Assembly: GCA_019058275.1 (NCBI GenBank)
Contig: JAHLVW010000102.1
Span: 1-27,064 of the forward strand
Direction: 5' to 3'
Length of the DNA stretch: 27,064 nucleotides
From: Candidatus Heimdallarchaeota archaeon
GTDB taxonomy: Archaea; Asgardarchaeota; Heimdallarchaeia; JABLTI01
Positions 1 through 8,081 of the stretch are shown in pieces. How positions within the stretch are numbered: the stretch's first letter is position 1; the number at the start of each line of letters is the position of its first letter. The notes under the pieces were generated by a model that saw only the letters and a list, made by a program, of their open reading frames with translations, was not told the DNA's origin and searched no databases. The position numbers were made by a program, and so were the translations under genes.

Positions 1-1
1 A

Positions 2-253
2 CTTGAAAAGTATAGAGGAAAAGGACTTGGTAAGAAACTAATCAATCATGCTTTTAATATCGCAACCCAAGAAGATATCCAATTTGTAGAGCTTGAAGTT
101 ACTGCAAAAAATCAAAATGCTATTTCATTATATGAAAAGATTGGATTTAAAATTATAAAAGCAACAAAAATAACATTAGGAAGAATTTTTGTTGGTGTAT
201 CAAAGTATTATCGCATGAGAAAAAAATTAAATAAAACTAATGATAAGGATTAG
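2..253 (+). CDS. GNAT family N-acetyltransferase, C-terminal part (5' end outside window)
   Basis: Own translation of frame 2: LEKYRGKGLGKKLINHAF...VELEVTAKNQNAISLYEKIGF...KD*. It has the acetyl-CoA motif A (RGKGLG) and the NxxAxxLYEKxGF motif. TAG at 251-253. Confidence 0.9.
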   Translation, partial: LEKYRGKGLGKKLINHAFNIATQEDIQFVELEVTAKNQNAISLYEKIGFKIIKATKITLGRIFVGVSKYYRMRKKLNKTNDKD

Positions 254-271
254 CTGGTTTTTCAACCTTTC

Positions 272-286
272 AAAAAGTATTTACAC
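272..286 (+). promoter_or_regulatory. Putative archaeal BRE/TATA promoter of sfsA (leaderless transcript likely)
   Basis: AAAAAGTATTTACAC: a purine run followed by a TATA-like element about 22 nt before the ATG at 307, with no SD motif in between. Confidence 0.35.
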
Positions 287-306
287 AAACGTTCATATAA
301 TAATTT

Positions 307-1032
307 ATGGCAGCGAAAGAAATCACAGTTAATGGAGAAACAAGTTTTGCTACATTCGTTAGTAGACCAAATCGATTCTTAGTAAATTTGATTCCAGATG
401 GGAAGAAAGAACTCGAGAAAGCATTTCTTCATGATCCTGGAAGGATGAAAGAATTATTGACTCCAGAAGCAAGACTTGTTATTAGGAAACCTCTATCTTT
501 GACTGATCGGAAAACTCAATGGGATATTTTAGCGGTTCATTATAATGATATTTTAGTAACAATTAATTCTAGTTTGCCTAATTTGGTAACAAAAATTGCA
601 TTATCAAATGGTTGGATAGAAGAACTTCAGAATTATGAAAATATCAAACCTGAAGTACGACATGGAAATAGCCGATTAGATTTCATGTTATCAAAGAACA
701 AAGAGAGATGTTTTGTTGAAGTAAAAGGTGTTACATTAGTAAATGGACAAAAGGCATTATTTCCTGATGCACCAACAACAAGAGGTGTAAAGCATCTAAA
801 AGAGTTAATAAAAATAAAATCACAAGGTGATAGAGCAGTCGTTTTATTTATGTGTATGAGAGATGATCCAATTGACTTTTCACCAAATGAAGAGACAGAT
901 CCAAATTTCAGCAAGCAATTGCAAGAAGCTGAAAGAAATGGTGTTGAGATTTTGGTTTACAAACTAAATCCAATTATTCGAGAAAGTAAATTAATTTTAC
1001 AATTTAATAACAAAATTAAAGTTAGCCTATAA
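307..1032 (+). CDS. sfsA: DNA/RNA nuclease SfsA (sugar fermentation stimulation protein A)
   Basis: RPNRF, HDPGRMKELL, SRLDF, FVEVKGVTL, FPDAPTTRGVKHLKEL and DPxF are all SfsA signatures. Confidence 0.95.
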   Translation: MAAKEITVNGETSFATFVSRPNRFLVNLIPDGKKELEKAFLHDPGRMKELLTPEARLVIRKPLSLTDRKTQWDILAVHYNDILVTINSSLPNLVTKIALSNGWIEELQNYENIKPEVRHGNSRLDFMLSKNKERCFVEVKGVTLVNGQKALFPDAPTTRGVKHLKELIKIKSQGDRAVVLFMCMRDDPIDFSPNEETDPNFSKQLQEAERNGVEILVYKLNPIIRESKLILQFNNKIKVSL

Positions 1033-1071
1033 TATTAATCAAAAGTATTGATAGTTCCAAGGATGATTATC

Positions 1072-1356
1072 ATGAATGTTCAAGAATTAGTAGGAAAAAT
1101 TGCTGCAGATAAGAATAGTCGAAAATTAGGTAAAATCATCAAAGTTGAAAAAATACAGGATCAGAAAACGAAAATTTGGAAAGAACATATACTAATTCTT
1201 GTTAAAAATTTCTTAAAAAAGGATGTAGTCATTCTTGTTGAAGCCGAAAAATTCATTGAAGTCAAAGAAATCTATGTTTGGTTTGACATCCTAAAAGAAG
1301 ATTTCGACCAAGAAGTTAGAGAAACAAGAGCTTTGATGAAGCTCTCACAAAATTGA
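1072..1356 (+). CDS. Small PRC-barrel-like protein
   Basis: ELVGKIAADKNSRKLGKIIKV matches the PRC-barrel N-terminal pattern (LxGKxVxdxxGxxLGkVxdv). ATG 1072 chosen because AGGATGA precedes it; the ORF track starts at TTG 1048. Confidence 0.6.
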   Translation: MNVQELVGKIAADKNSRKLGKIIKVEKIQDQKTKIWKEHILILVKNFLKKDVVILVEAEKFIEVKEIYVWFDILKEDFDQEVRETRALMKLSQN

Positions 1357-1458
1357 GTAAAGCTCGTTATTTTGATTCAAAAATCTTGCATATATAAATT
1401 AAATTTAAATACTAGAGATTTTAGAAAATTAGCTGGCATTCATAGAGGACTGATAAAA

Positions 1459-2574
1459 ATGAGCTTTATAGCTGACTTTACACCTATACTACTAATTTTA
1501 GTAGCTATAGCATTCATCTTTGAGTTTATGGATGCCTCACTAGGTATGGGATTTGGAACAACATTAACTCCTGTGTTACTAATTTTTGGCTATGATGTAG
1601 CCCATATTGTCCCTGCAGTTTTAATGTCAGAACTATTTGCTGGTCTGGTTTCAGTCCTTTTTCATGGTGCTTTTCGGAATTTCAAACTTGGACGAAAAAA
1701 AACTTTTCAAAAAAAACGAAGAAAAAGGAAAGTAAAAGTTTATTCTCTTCCAGCTAGTGCATCATCAACAGGAACATCAATTGGTATCCCCAATGATGAC
1801 TATTCCGATATGAATGATGATTTTGTAGGAGAAATCGTTATTGAAGATGACATTAAAGTTGGAGAGGATGAGGAATTAGTCGAAATAAAAATCAAAGATG
1901 GTAATCTTCTTGAAAGAATTAAAAATCTCACAACAGACACAAAAGTAGTGTTTATCCTTGCAAGTTTTGGTATTGTCAGCTCAATTTTCGCAGCTGTAAT
2001 AAATGTTGTATTTAGTTATAGTGATGCCTTCAATTTGGGTGTAAAAATCTATATTGGCGTAATGGTTTTAGCTATGGGTATTGTAATATTAACCTTGAGA
2101 AACAAGAAATTGAAATTTGCTTACAAAAGAATAATTTCTCTAGGAGCGTTAGCTGGTTTTAACAAAGGATTATCAGGTGGGGGATATGGACCAATTACTG
2201 TTTCAGGACAGATATTATCCGGTCGTGAGGGAAGGAATGCTATCGCATCTACTTCACTTTCCGAAACCTTAGTATGTTTCGTTGGGGTACTTACATATAT
2301 TCTAACTAATCTTGGAAAAAGCTATCGTAGTGGAATTCCAGTATCTTGGGATTATCTAAGTATAACACCATATCTAATAGTAGGCGCAGTACTTTCTGCA
2401 CCTTTGGCAGCATTAGTTACTAAAAAAGCTGAAGGACAATGGCTGAAAATAGCTGTTGGATGGGCAACTATATTTCTAGGTTTATTTAGTCTTGTTAGGC
2501 TAACTCTTTGGGAAACAGGTATTTGGGAAAAAATTCCTAAATTCATTGATATAATAAATCTTCTTCCTAGTTGA
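1459..2574 (+). CDS. Sulfite exporter TauE/SafE (TSUP) family membrane protein with large hydrophilic insertion
   Basis: DASLGMGFGTTLTPVL in the first repeat, GFNKGLSGGGYGP and AIASTSLSE in the second; multiple TM helices. ATG 1459 follows AGAGGA; the track start is 1372. Confidence 0.88.
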   Translation: MSFIADFTPILLILVAIAFIFEFMDASLGMGFGTTLTPVLLIFGYDVAHIVPAVLMSELFAGLVSVLFHGAFRNFKLGRKKTFQKKRRKRKVKVYSLPASASSTGTSIGIPNDDYSDMNDDFVGEIVIEDDIKVGEDEELVEIKIKDGNLLERIKNLTTDTKVVFILASFGIVSSIFAAVINVVFSYSDAFNLGVKIYIGVMVLAMGIVILTLRNKKLKFAYKRIISLGALAGFNKGLSGGGYGPITVSGQILSGREGRNAIASTSLSETLVCFVGVLTYILTNLGKSYRSGIPVSWDYLSITPYLIVGAVLSAPLAALVTKKAEGQWLKIAVGWATIFLGLFSLVRLTLWETGIWEKIPKFIDIINLLPS

Positions 2575-2661
2575 AAACAATATTCTTAATTATATAATAC
2601 TTTCAATTATCTCCATATTTAACCATTTTTAATCTCAATATTATTCATTGCTTGTAGGAAG

Positions 2662-3546
2662 TTGCATCGAGTGTTCAAACTCTATTACAAACACCTTTAC
2701 CCATCAATCATCGAATGGCAAGATGAACCATTTGCACCTTGGAGTTTCAAAGAACAAGTTTTATCGAGTGTTCTTCCTTTTTTTGAATCTACATTACTGA
2801 AAGAAGAATTCTCTTTGAAGAAAGAAATTGGTTGTGAAATCTTTATGGATTCAGGAGCATTCACAGCTGCTTCGATGGGATATGAATTGGATCCTTACGA
2901 AGTTGCTGAAATGCAGGCTCTTCTCAAAGCAGATTTAGTTGTACCAGTAGACAAAGTTGTTTTTAGAGAAGATTCTTCTAGAATCGTCAATCAAAAAATC
3001 GAAGATACAATTAGTAACACCAAAATATTGCTAGATTTGAAGCATAAAACAAGTCAAGTTATTGGTCCTCTACAAGGATTTACAAAGGAGATTTTAGAGC
3101 ACTCCTTTAATGAATTTAAGAAACTAGGAATACAAAGATTTGCTATTAGTGGTTTGGTATTTGAATCAGAAATTAAGAGAAATATGGAGAGAATTGCACT
3201 TGCCAGAGAAATAACAAAAGGTTATCCACTACATATATTTAGCAAATTTCTACATCCTGAATTATTGAAACTAATAATTGATGCTAATACTGATTCAGTT
3301 GATGGTTATGGTTATATTATAGCATCTCTAAAAGGCAATTACATTTTTAATGGGACATATGAGCCAATCTCAGATTTAACAGATGATGAGATAGACCTTT
3401 GCTCTTGTAGTATTTGTCAAGAAAATTCCTATGAAAATTTAAGCAGAGTTGATAAGGAATCTCAACATTTGCTGATAATGCACAATATTATAGCTCTAAA
3501 TAATCTAAAAGAAGAATTATTAAAACAGAAAAGTAATCAACACTGA
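2662..3546 (+). CDS. tRNA-guanine transglycosylase (TGT/DpdA)-fold protein, catalytic domain only
   Basis: IFMDSGAF, ADLVVPVD, IGPLQG, FAISGL, PLHIF, DSVDG, and a zinc site CSCSIC...HN. Confidence 0.85.
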   Translation: MHRVFKLYYKHLYPSIIEWQDEPFAPWSFKEQVLSSVLPFFESTLLKEEFSLKKEIGCEIFMDSGAFTAASMGYELDPYEVAEMQALLKADLVVPVDKVVFREDSSRIVNQKIEDTISNTKILLDLKHKTSQVIGPLQGFTKEILEHSFNEFKKLGIQRFAISGLVFESEIKRNMERIALAREITKGYPLHIFSKFLHPELLKLIIDANTDSVDGYGYIIASLKGNYIFNGTYEPISDLTDDEIDLCSCSICQENSYENLSRVDKESQHLLIMHNIIALNNLKEELLKQKSNQH

Positions 3547-3557
3547 TGTGAACTGTC

Positions 3558-4562
3558 ATGTTTCGATTAAACAAGATTATTGATGTAACATATAAGCGAA
3601 CATGCTTTTGTGGCAGACCTTTAATCAGAAATTTCTGCGAAAAACATGGAACTGATGTGAAGATATCTACGAGTTTAATACATGCACAATTTGATTTTAT
3701 AGAAGAAAGTAAAACAAAAGACGATAATCAAATAATTAATGTAAATTTAACTAAAAATCAATTTCTTAATTTATTTAAGAAAAAGAAATATGGAAATATT
3801 GAGAAAATAAGTGAGAATTATTCAATTAAAATCTCTTCATTTGGTGCTGATGAACCAATTCAAGGAATTCTTACAGATTTTTTTGATATGCTTGAATGTG
3901 ATTCTTTTTTTGGTATGAATAGAATCAAAGAGGTTCAAATGAAAAACTCGGGTGTTTTCTTTAATTTCTTGTTTTCATATGAACAAATAGAAGATAATTT
4001 GATTCACATCAATTTCGAGCTTGTAGTGTTGAGAAAACTAATTGACTACATACAATGGCGTTTAACTCATTTTCATGCAAAAAAAGAAAATATTGTTAAA
4101 TCTTTGAAAAATACAAGATCTAAGATTTACAATGAAGATGGTTGTTCATATAAAATTAAAGAAGTTATTTGGAGTACCAATAATCAGTTACCAGATAAAA
4201 CAGTAGTTGAAGAGCTGGAAAACCAGAATAACGAAATAGCATTCAAGGTAGGGGTTTTATATCAAAACCATGAAGACTTCTTTCTTTCAACAAAAGCAGA
4301 AAATCAATTGGTTTCTGCACTAACTAATTATTCTCAAAACTTCCTAAAATCATTGAAACAATATTTAACTCAAAAATCATTTTTAGCAGAAATTAATGTA
4401 TTAAAATTCGAAGATAGATTAAAGCTATTTGAAGAATTCATAGGAAAAGAAGTGGTAAATTCATCTGCATTTGTTGAGAAAATCAATAATCAGATTTTTG
4501 AATCATACTCAACTAATAGTGAGCGAATTAGCTCATTTCTCAAACAAGGTTCAGAAAAATAA
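3558..4562 (+). CDS. Hypothetical protein with N-terminal CxC-x8-CxxH zinc finger (RPA-like)
   Basis: 334-aa ORF 11 nt after the TGT-like stop. N-terminus reads RTCFCGRPLIRNFCEKHG. The remainder is not recognised. Confidence 0.7.
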   Translation: MFRLNKIIDVTYKRTCFCGRPLIRNFCEKHGTDVKISTSLIHAQFDFIEESKTKDDNQIINVNLTKNQFLNLFKKKKYGNIEKISENYSIKISSFGADEPIQGILTDFFDMLECDSFFGMNRIKEVQMKNSGVFFNFLFSYEQIEDNLIHINFELVVLRKLIDYIQWRLTHFHAKKENIVKSLKNTRSKIYNEDGCSYKIKEVIWSTNNQLPDKTVVEELENQNNEIAFKVGVLYQNHEDFFLSTKAENQLVSALTNYSQNFLKSLKQYLTQKSFLAEINVLKFEDRLKLFEEFIGKEVVNSSAFVEKINNQIFESYSTNSERISSFLKQGSEK

Positions 4563-4565
4563 GAT

Positions 4566-5099
4566 TTAGTTTTTTGCTTCTAAGAAAGAATTTAGATTAT
4601 CAATTACTTGTTTTGTGAAAGGTTGATCAAAAATAGCTATTTCTTTGAAAATAGATTTTACTAATTGTTCCGAGTATTGCAAAATGAATTTAGCTATTTC
4701 CTTTCTTTGAAAGTTTTCATCTAAGCTAAAAACTACATCAACTAGTGGAAGTATTCTTTCTTTGGATGGATTAATTTGCTTAATAACTAATTTATCTTGA
4801 TTAATATGTGTGAAAAATTCTTTTTTTAAAAGTTCAGATAATTCAGCTTTAGTTTCTTTGTTTAGCTTCTGTATTAGATTATCTAGTGCTTTTTTCCCAA
4901 TAAAATTAATTTCATAACTAATTCCAGCTTCTAGCATAATTTGCATTCTAAAGGGATCAGGCACAATATTCGCACGATGCATTGCTTTAATTGCTCGTTT
5001 TGTTTCCAGCTGCCTTTTCTTATAAAGAGCTATACGTTCTTCAAGGATATTAGCGATGTGAAGTAATTGTTCAAGATTATTATTATCTTTCAATACCAT
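4566..5099 (-). CDS. Hypothetical protein, mostly alpha-helical
   Basis: 177-aa ORF with ATG start, AGGATG upstream and normal composition; converges tightly on the previous gene. Confidence 0.7.
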   Translation of the reverse strand: MVLKDNNNLEQLLHIANILEERIALYKKRQLETKRAIKAMHRANIVPDPFRMQIMLEAGISYEINFIGKKALDNLIQKLNKETKAELSELLKKEFFTHINQDKLVIKQINPSKERILPLVDVVFSLDENFQRKEIAKFILQYSEQLVKSIFKEIAIFDQPFTKQVIDNLNSFLEAKN

Positions 5100-5160
5100 G
5101 ATTTCTGTACATCCTAATGAATATTATAAAATTAATCCTATTAAAAATTGGTATCAATTA

Positions 5161-5185
5161 CAAAAATTCTAATTTAGAATCTTTG
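5161..5185. promoter_or_regulatory. Near-perfect 25-bp palindrome in a divergent intergenic region, candidate operator
   Basis: CAAA-A-ATTCTAA-T-TTAGAAT-C-TTTG; 11 of 12 positions pair. Confidence 0.4.
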
Positions 5186-5260
5186 AGTATGCTTCAAATC
5201 ATTTATTTAGTATGAAATCTTATACATTTGATTAGATAATTGCATAATAGGTGAGTAATC

Positions 5261-5584
5261 TTGGCTGGTGATGAAAACCAATTCACAATTGCAGAAATGA
5301 TTGGAAAGAACGCAACATCTACAGATAATATAATTGTTGGAAAAATTACAAAGATAATTGATCAGTCTGACAGCGATGAAGACGACACTACACGAATCTG
5401 TGATATTCAAACTGACTTTTTTCAAGTTGTTGTTCAATTAGATCCTGCCGTATTTCCAGCTTTAAGTGAAGCTACAGATATTTTATTCTCTAGTCAAACT
5501 TTAGAAAAAGTTTTGGAAACAGGAATCCAACTTAAGCTTACAAAAGATAAAATCAATGAATCTATAGAAGCATCGATACGATGA
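5261..5584 (+). CDS. Small acidic PRC-barrel-like hypothetical protein
   Basis: TTG start after GGTGAG. EMIGKNATSTDNIIVGKITKI resembles the PRC-barrel start; acidic loop DQSDSDEDD. Confidence 0.6.
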   Translation: MAGDENQFTIAEMIGKNATSTDNIIVGKITKIIDQSDSDEDDTTRICDIQTDFFQVVVQLDPAVFPALSEATDILFSSQTLEKVLETGIQLKLTKDKINESIEASIR

Positions 5585-5618
5585 TTTTTTTACTATAACT
5601 CTGCAGAATATTAGATTT

Positions 5619-6665
5619 TTAAATTGCTAATGGTCTATCTATTTTTGTAATTACACCACTTTCTGTTATATGAAAAACAACTTCTGCAGTGCCTGTATAA
5701 TCAATGAATCCTATTTTTGTTCGCATTTCTGCTTCGCGTATTGGTGCAAACCATCTAATAAGCCAACTATCATCAGTTTCCTTTTGTACTTCTGCACAAA
5801 CAATCTGGTTCTTTTGCCAAAGACGATAATAATGACTATTCTCCCTTGTAACATTAACTAATTGGAGGATTTGAGAGATAGAAGCATTGTCAATAATTTT
5901 TATCTCAGGAATGAAGAATTCTTCCACAATTTTCTTCTGCATGCCATCAATTATTGCAATAACATATGTTTTATTATTGTTATCAGTAGAATCGTATACT
6001 TTGTAGTTTACATTATAAGTAAAAATGAGTTCACTACTGGAATAATCACTACTCCCATATTTATCCTCAAAAACCTTAGATGAATTAATATTCACAGCAA
6101 CTCTTACAGCACTGTAAAAAGTAATACTTATGATGAATAATGTTAAAGCAATATTTCTTCTTCGTTTGTTCCAATTCAAAGGAAAAATTGAAAGAACAAA
6201 AACTGCTGCAAGAATAGAATGGATGTTATTTGTGGACAGAATTTTCAATCCATACCATTTGAAGCTGAAAGGAAAGAAAAGCATCAATCCTGTAGGAACA
6301 AAAAAATCTGTAAGTAAATGAGTTAATGTCCCTAAGTAAAGAAACATAATTCCTCCCCAAGACCAAAAATCAAGGTCAGGATATTTTTTTTCTTTCCAAA
6401 TACTTCTTTTTATTTTTGAGAAATTAAGTGTTACAGCTGTTAGAATAACATAAGGAATTACACCTACAATACTATGACCCATACCCCTGTGTTCCAACCA
6501 ATAAAGTTTAGGTGCAAGATAGACCACCCAATTGAAGAAAATATCTAAATCTGGTATAACTGCACCAATTAAATATGGTATCATGAATTTCGCGGATATT
6601 TTTTTGAATTTCTGTATCCAAAATATCAAACAATAAGCTATAGCTATATGAGTTAAAGGATCCAA
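5619..6665 (-). CDS. Membrane-bound metal-dependent hydrolase (YdjM/DUF457-like)
   Basis: MDPLTH, PDLD, HRGMGHS, HLLTD, GLMLFFPF and TM segments. TTG start after GGTGAA. Confidence 0.9.
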   Translation of the reverse strand: MDPLTHIAIAYCLIFWIQKFKKISAKFMIPYLIGAVIPDLDIFFNWVVYLAPKLYWLEHRGMGHSIVGVIPYVILTAVTLNFSKIKRSIWKEKKYPDLDFWSWGGIMFLYLGTLTHLLTDFFVPTGLMLFFPFSFKWYGLKILSTNNIHSILAAVFVLSIFPLNWNKRRRNIALTLFIISITFYSAVRVAVNINSSKVFEDKYGSSDYSSSELIFTYNVNYKVYDSTDNNNKTYVIAIIDGMQKKIVEEFFIPEIKIIDNASISQILQLVNVTRENSHYYRLWQKNQIVCAEVQKETDDSWLIRWFAPIREAEMRTKIGFIDYTGTAEVVFHITESGVITKIDRPLAI

Positions 6666-6688
6666 ATGAAATTCACCAAATTCTAATC

Positions 6689-8080
6689 TTAAACCATTTT
6701 TCGGGGATCAAGTATATCGTCTATGTTTCCATTAATCTTAATTTTCATTTCCTGAATTACTTCTTTGATTGTTTTTCCTGTTTCATGTGCAATTTGGGTA
6801 ATTTCTCCAGCCTTTTCATATCCAATATAGGGTGTTAATCGAGTAACAATCATTAGTGCATTTTTTAGGTTTTTGTCTATTTTTTGGTTGGCTACTTCCA
6901 ATCCTAACAGACAATTATTAACAAAAGATTCAATGCCAGTAGACAAAATCTCTATTGATTCTAATAGATTTACAATCATGAGTGGTTTTGCTACATTTAA
7001 ATCAAGCAAGCTACTAGATCCTTCAGCAAAAGTGATCGTAGTATCATTTCCTATTACTTGTAAACATACCTGAATTAAAGCTTCAGATTGAGTAGGATTA
7101 ATTTTACCGTGCTTGATCGATGATCCTGGTTCGTTTTGCGGTAGTAATAATTCACCCAAACCTGCTCTTGGACCACTCCCCATCCAACATATATCATTAG
7201 CCATTTTCATTAAAGAAAGAGCTAGAAGCTTTAGTACGCTGCTAACACTAACTAATGTATTGTGTGAAGAGATTCCTTCAGCTTTTACAGGATTGATTTT
7301 TAATGAGTATTTTGTGCTTTTTGAAAGTGTTTCAATTACAAGTTGATCAAAATTCTCAGGTGCATTCAAATCTGTACCTAAAGCAGTACCACCAATTGGA
7401 AGAAGATAAAGTTCTTTTAACACTTCTGTTAAGCGCTTAATAGCAGATTTAATTTGCTGGTGATAAACAGCAAATTCAGTAGCAAGAGGTATTGGAACTA
7501 CATCTTGTAAATGAGTTCTCCCAACCTTGATTACATCTTTAAACTCGTTCATTTTCTTGTCCAAAGATTTTTTCAGTATTTCTAATGATAGTAATAATTT
7601 TTTATGGATTAATTCAATCGATGCAAGATGCATTGCTGTTGGGATGACATCATTACTTGATTGGCTTTTGTTTACATGATCATTTGGATGGATTGGTTTC
7701 TTCTTCCCTTTAGGGTGACCTAGGATTTCATTTGCTCTATTGGCCAATACTTCATTCATGTTCATATTAATTTGTGTGCCTGACCCAGTTTGGAAGATAT
7801 CAATAGGAAATTGATTAAGGAATTTTTCATCAACCAATATTTCATCAATTGCTTGACGAATAGCTTTCGCTTCAATATTGTCTATGACTTCCAGTTTTTG
7901 ATTAGCACCTAAGCAAGCCCTTTTCACTTTAGCTAAGGAAAGAAGAAAAATCTTGGGGAATCTCTTTTGACTAATTTTAAAATTTCTGAGAGCTCTTTGT
8001 GTATTTATTCCCCAGTAAACATCTTCGGGGACTTCTAATTCGCCTAGAATATCTTTCTCAATTCGTACTTTCTTATTCAT
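6689..8080 (-). CDS. fumC: Class II fumarate hydratase (fumarase/aspartase superfamily) with altered signature loop
   Basis: YWGINTQRA, FQTGSGTQINMNMNEV, HPNDHVNKSQSSND, GRTHLQD, SGPRAGLGEL, and GSSIKHGKINPTQSE (canonical GSSIMPGKVNP). Confidence 0.9.
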   Translation of the reverse strand: MNKKVRIEKDILGELEVPEDVYWGINTQRALRNFKISQKRFPKIFLLSLAKVKRACLGANQKLEVIDNIEAKAIRQAIDEILVDEKFLNQFPIDIFQTGSGTQINMNMNEVLANRANEILGHPKGKKKPIHPNDHVNKSQSSNDVIPTAMHLASIELIHKKLLLSLEILKKSLDKKMNEFKDVIKVGRTHLQDVVPIPLATEFAVYHQQIKSAIKRLTEVLKELYLLPIGGTALGTDLNAPENFDQLVIETLSKSTKYSLKINPVKAEGISSHNTLVSVSSVLKLLALSLMKMANDICWMGSGPRAGLGELLLPQNEPGSSIKHGKINPTQSEALIQVCLQVIGNDTTITFAEGSSSLLDLNVAKPLMIVNLLESIEILSTGIESFVNNCLLGLEVANQKIDKNLKNALMIVTRLTPYIGYEKAGEITQIAHETGKTIKEVIQEMKIKINGNIDDILDPRKMV

Positions 8081-8081
8081 G

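Noticed and set aside
1695-1716. Two A8 runs in the TauE gene as programmed frameshift or phase-variation sites
   Set aside because: The frame is intact and the runs encode Lys-rich sequence in an AT-rich genome; no alternative-frame product is evident.
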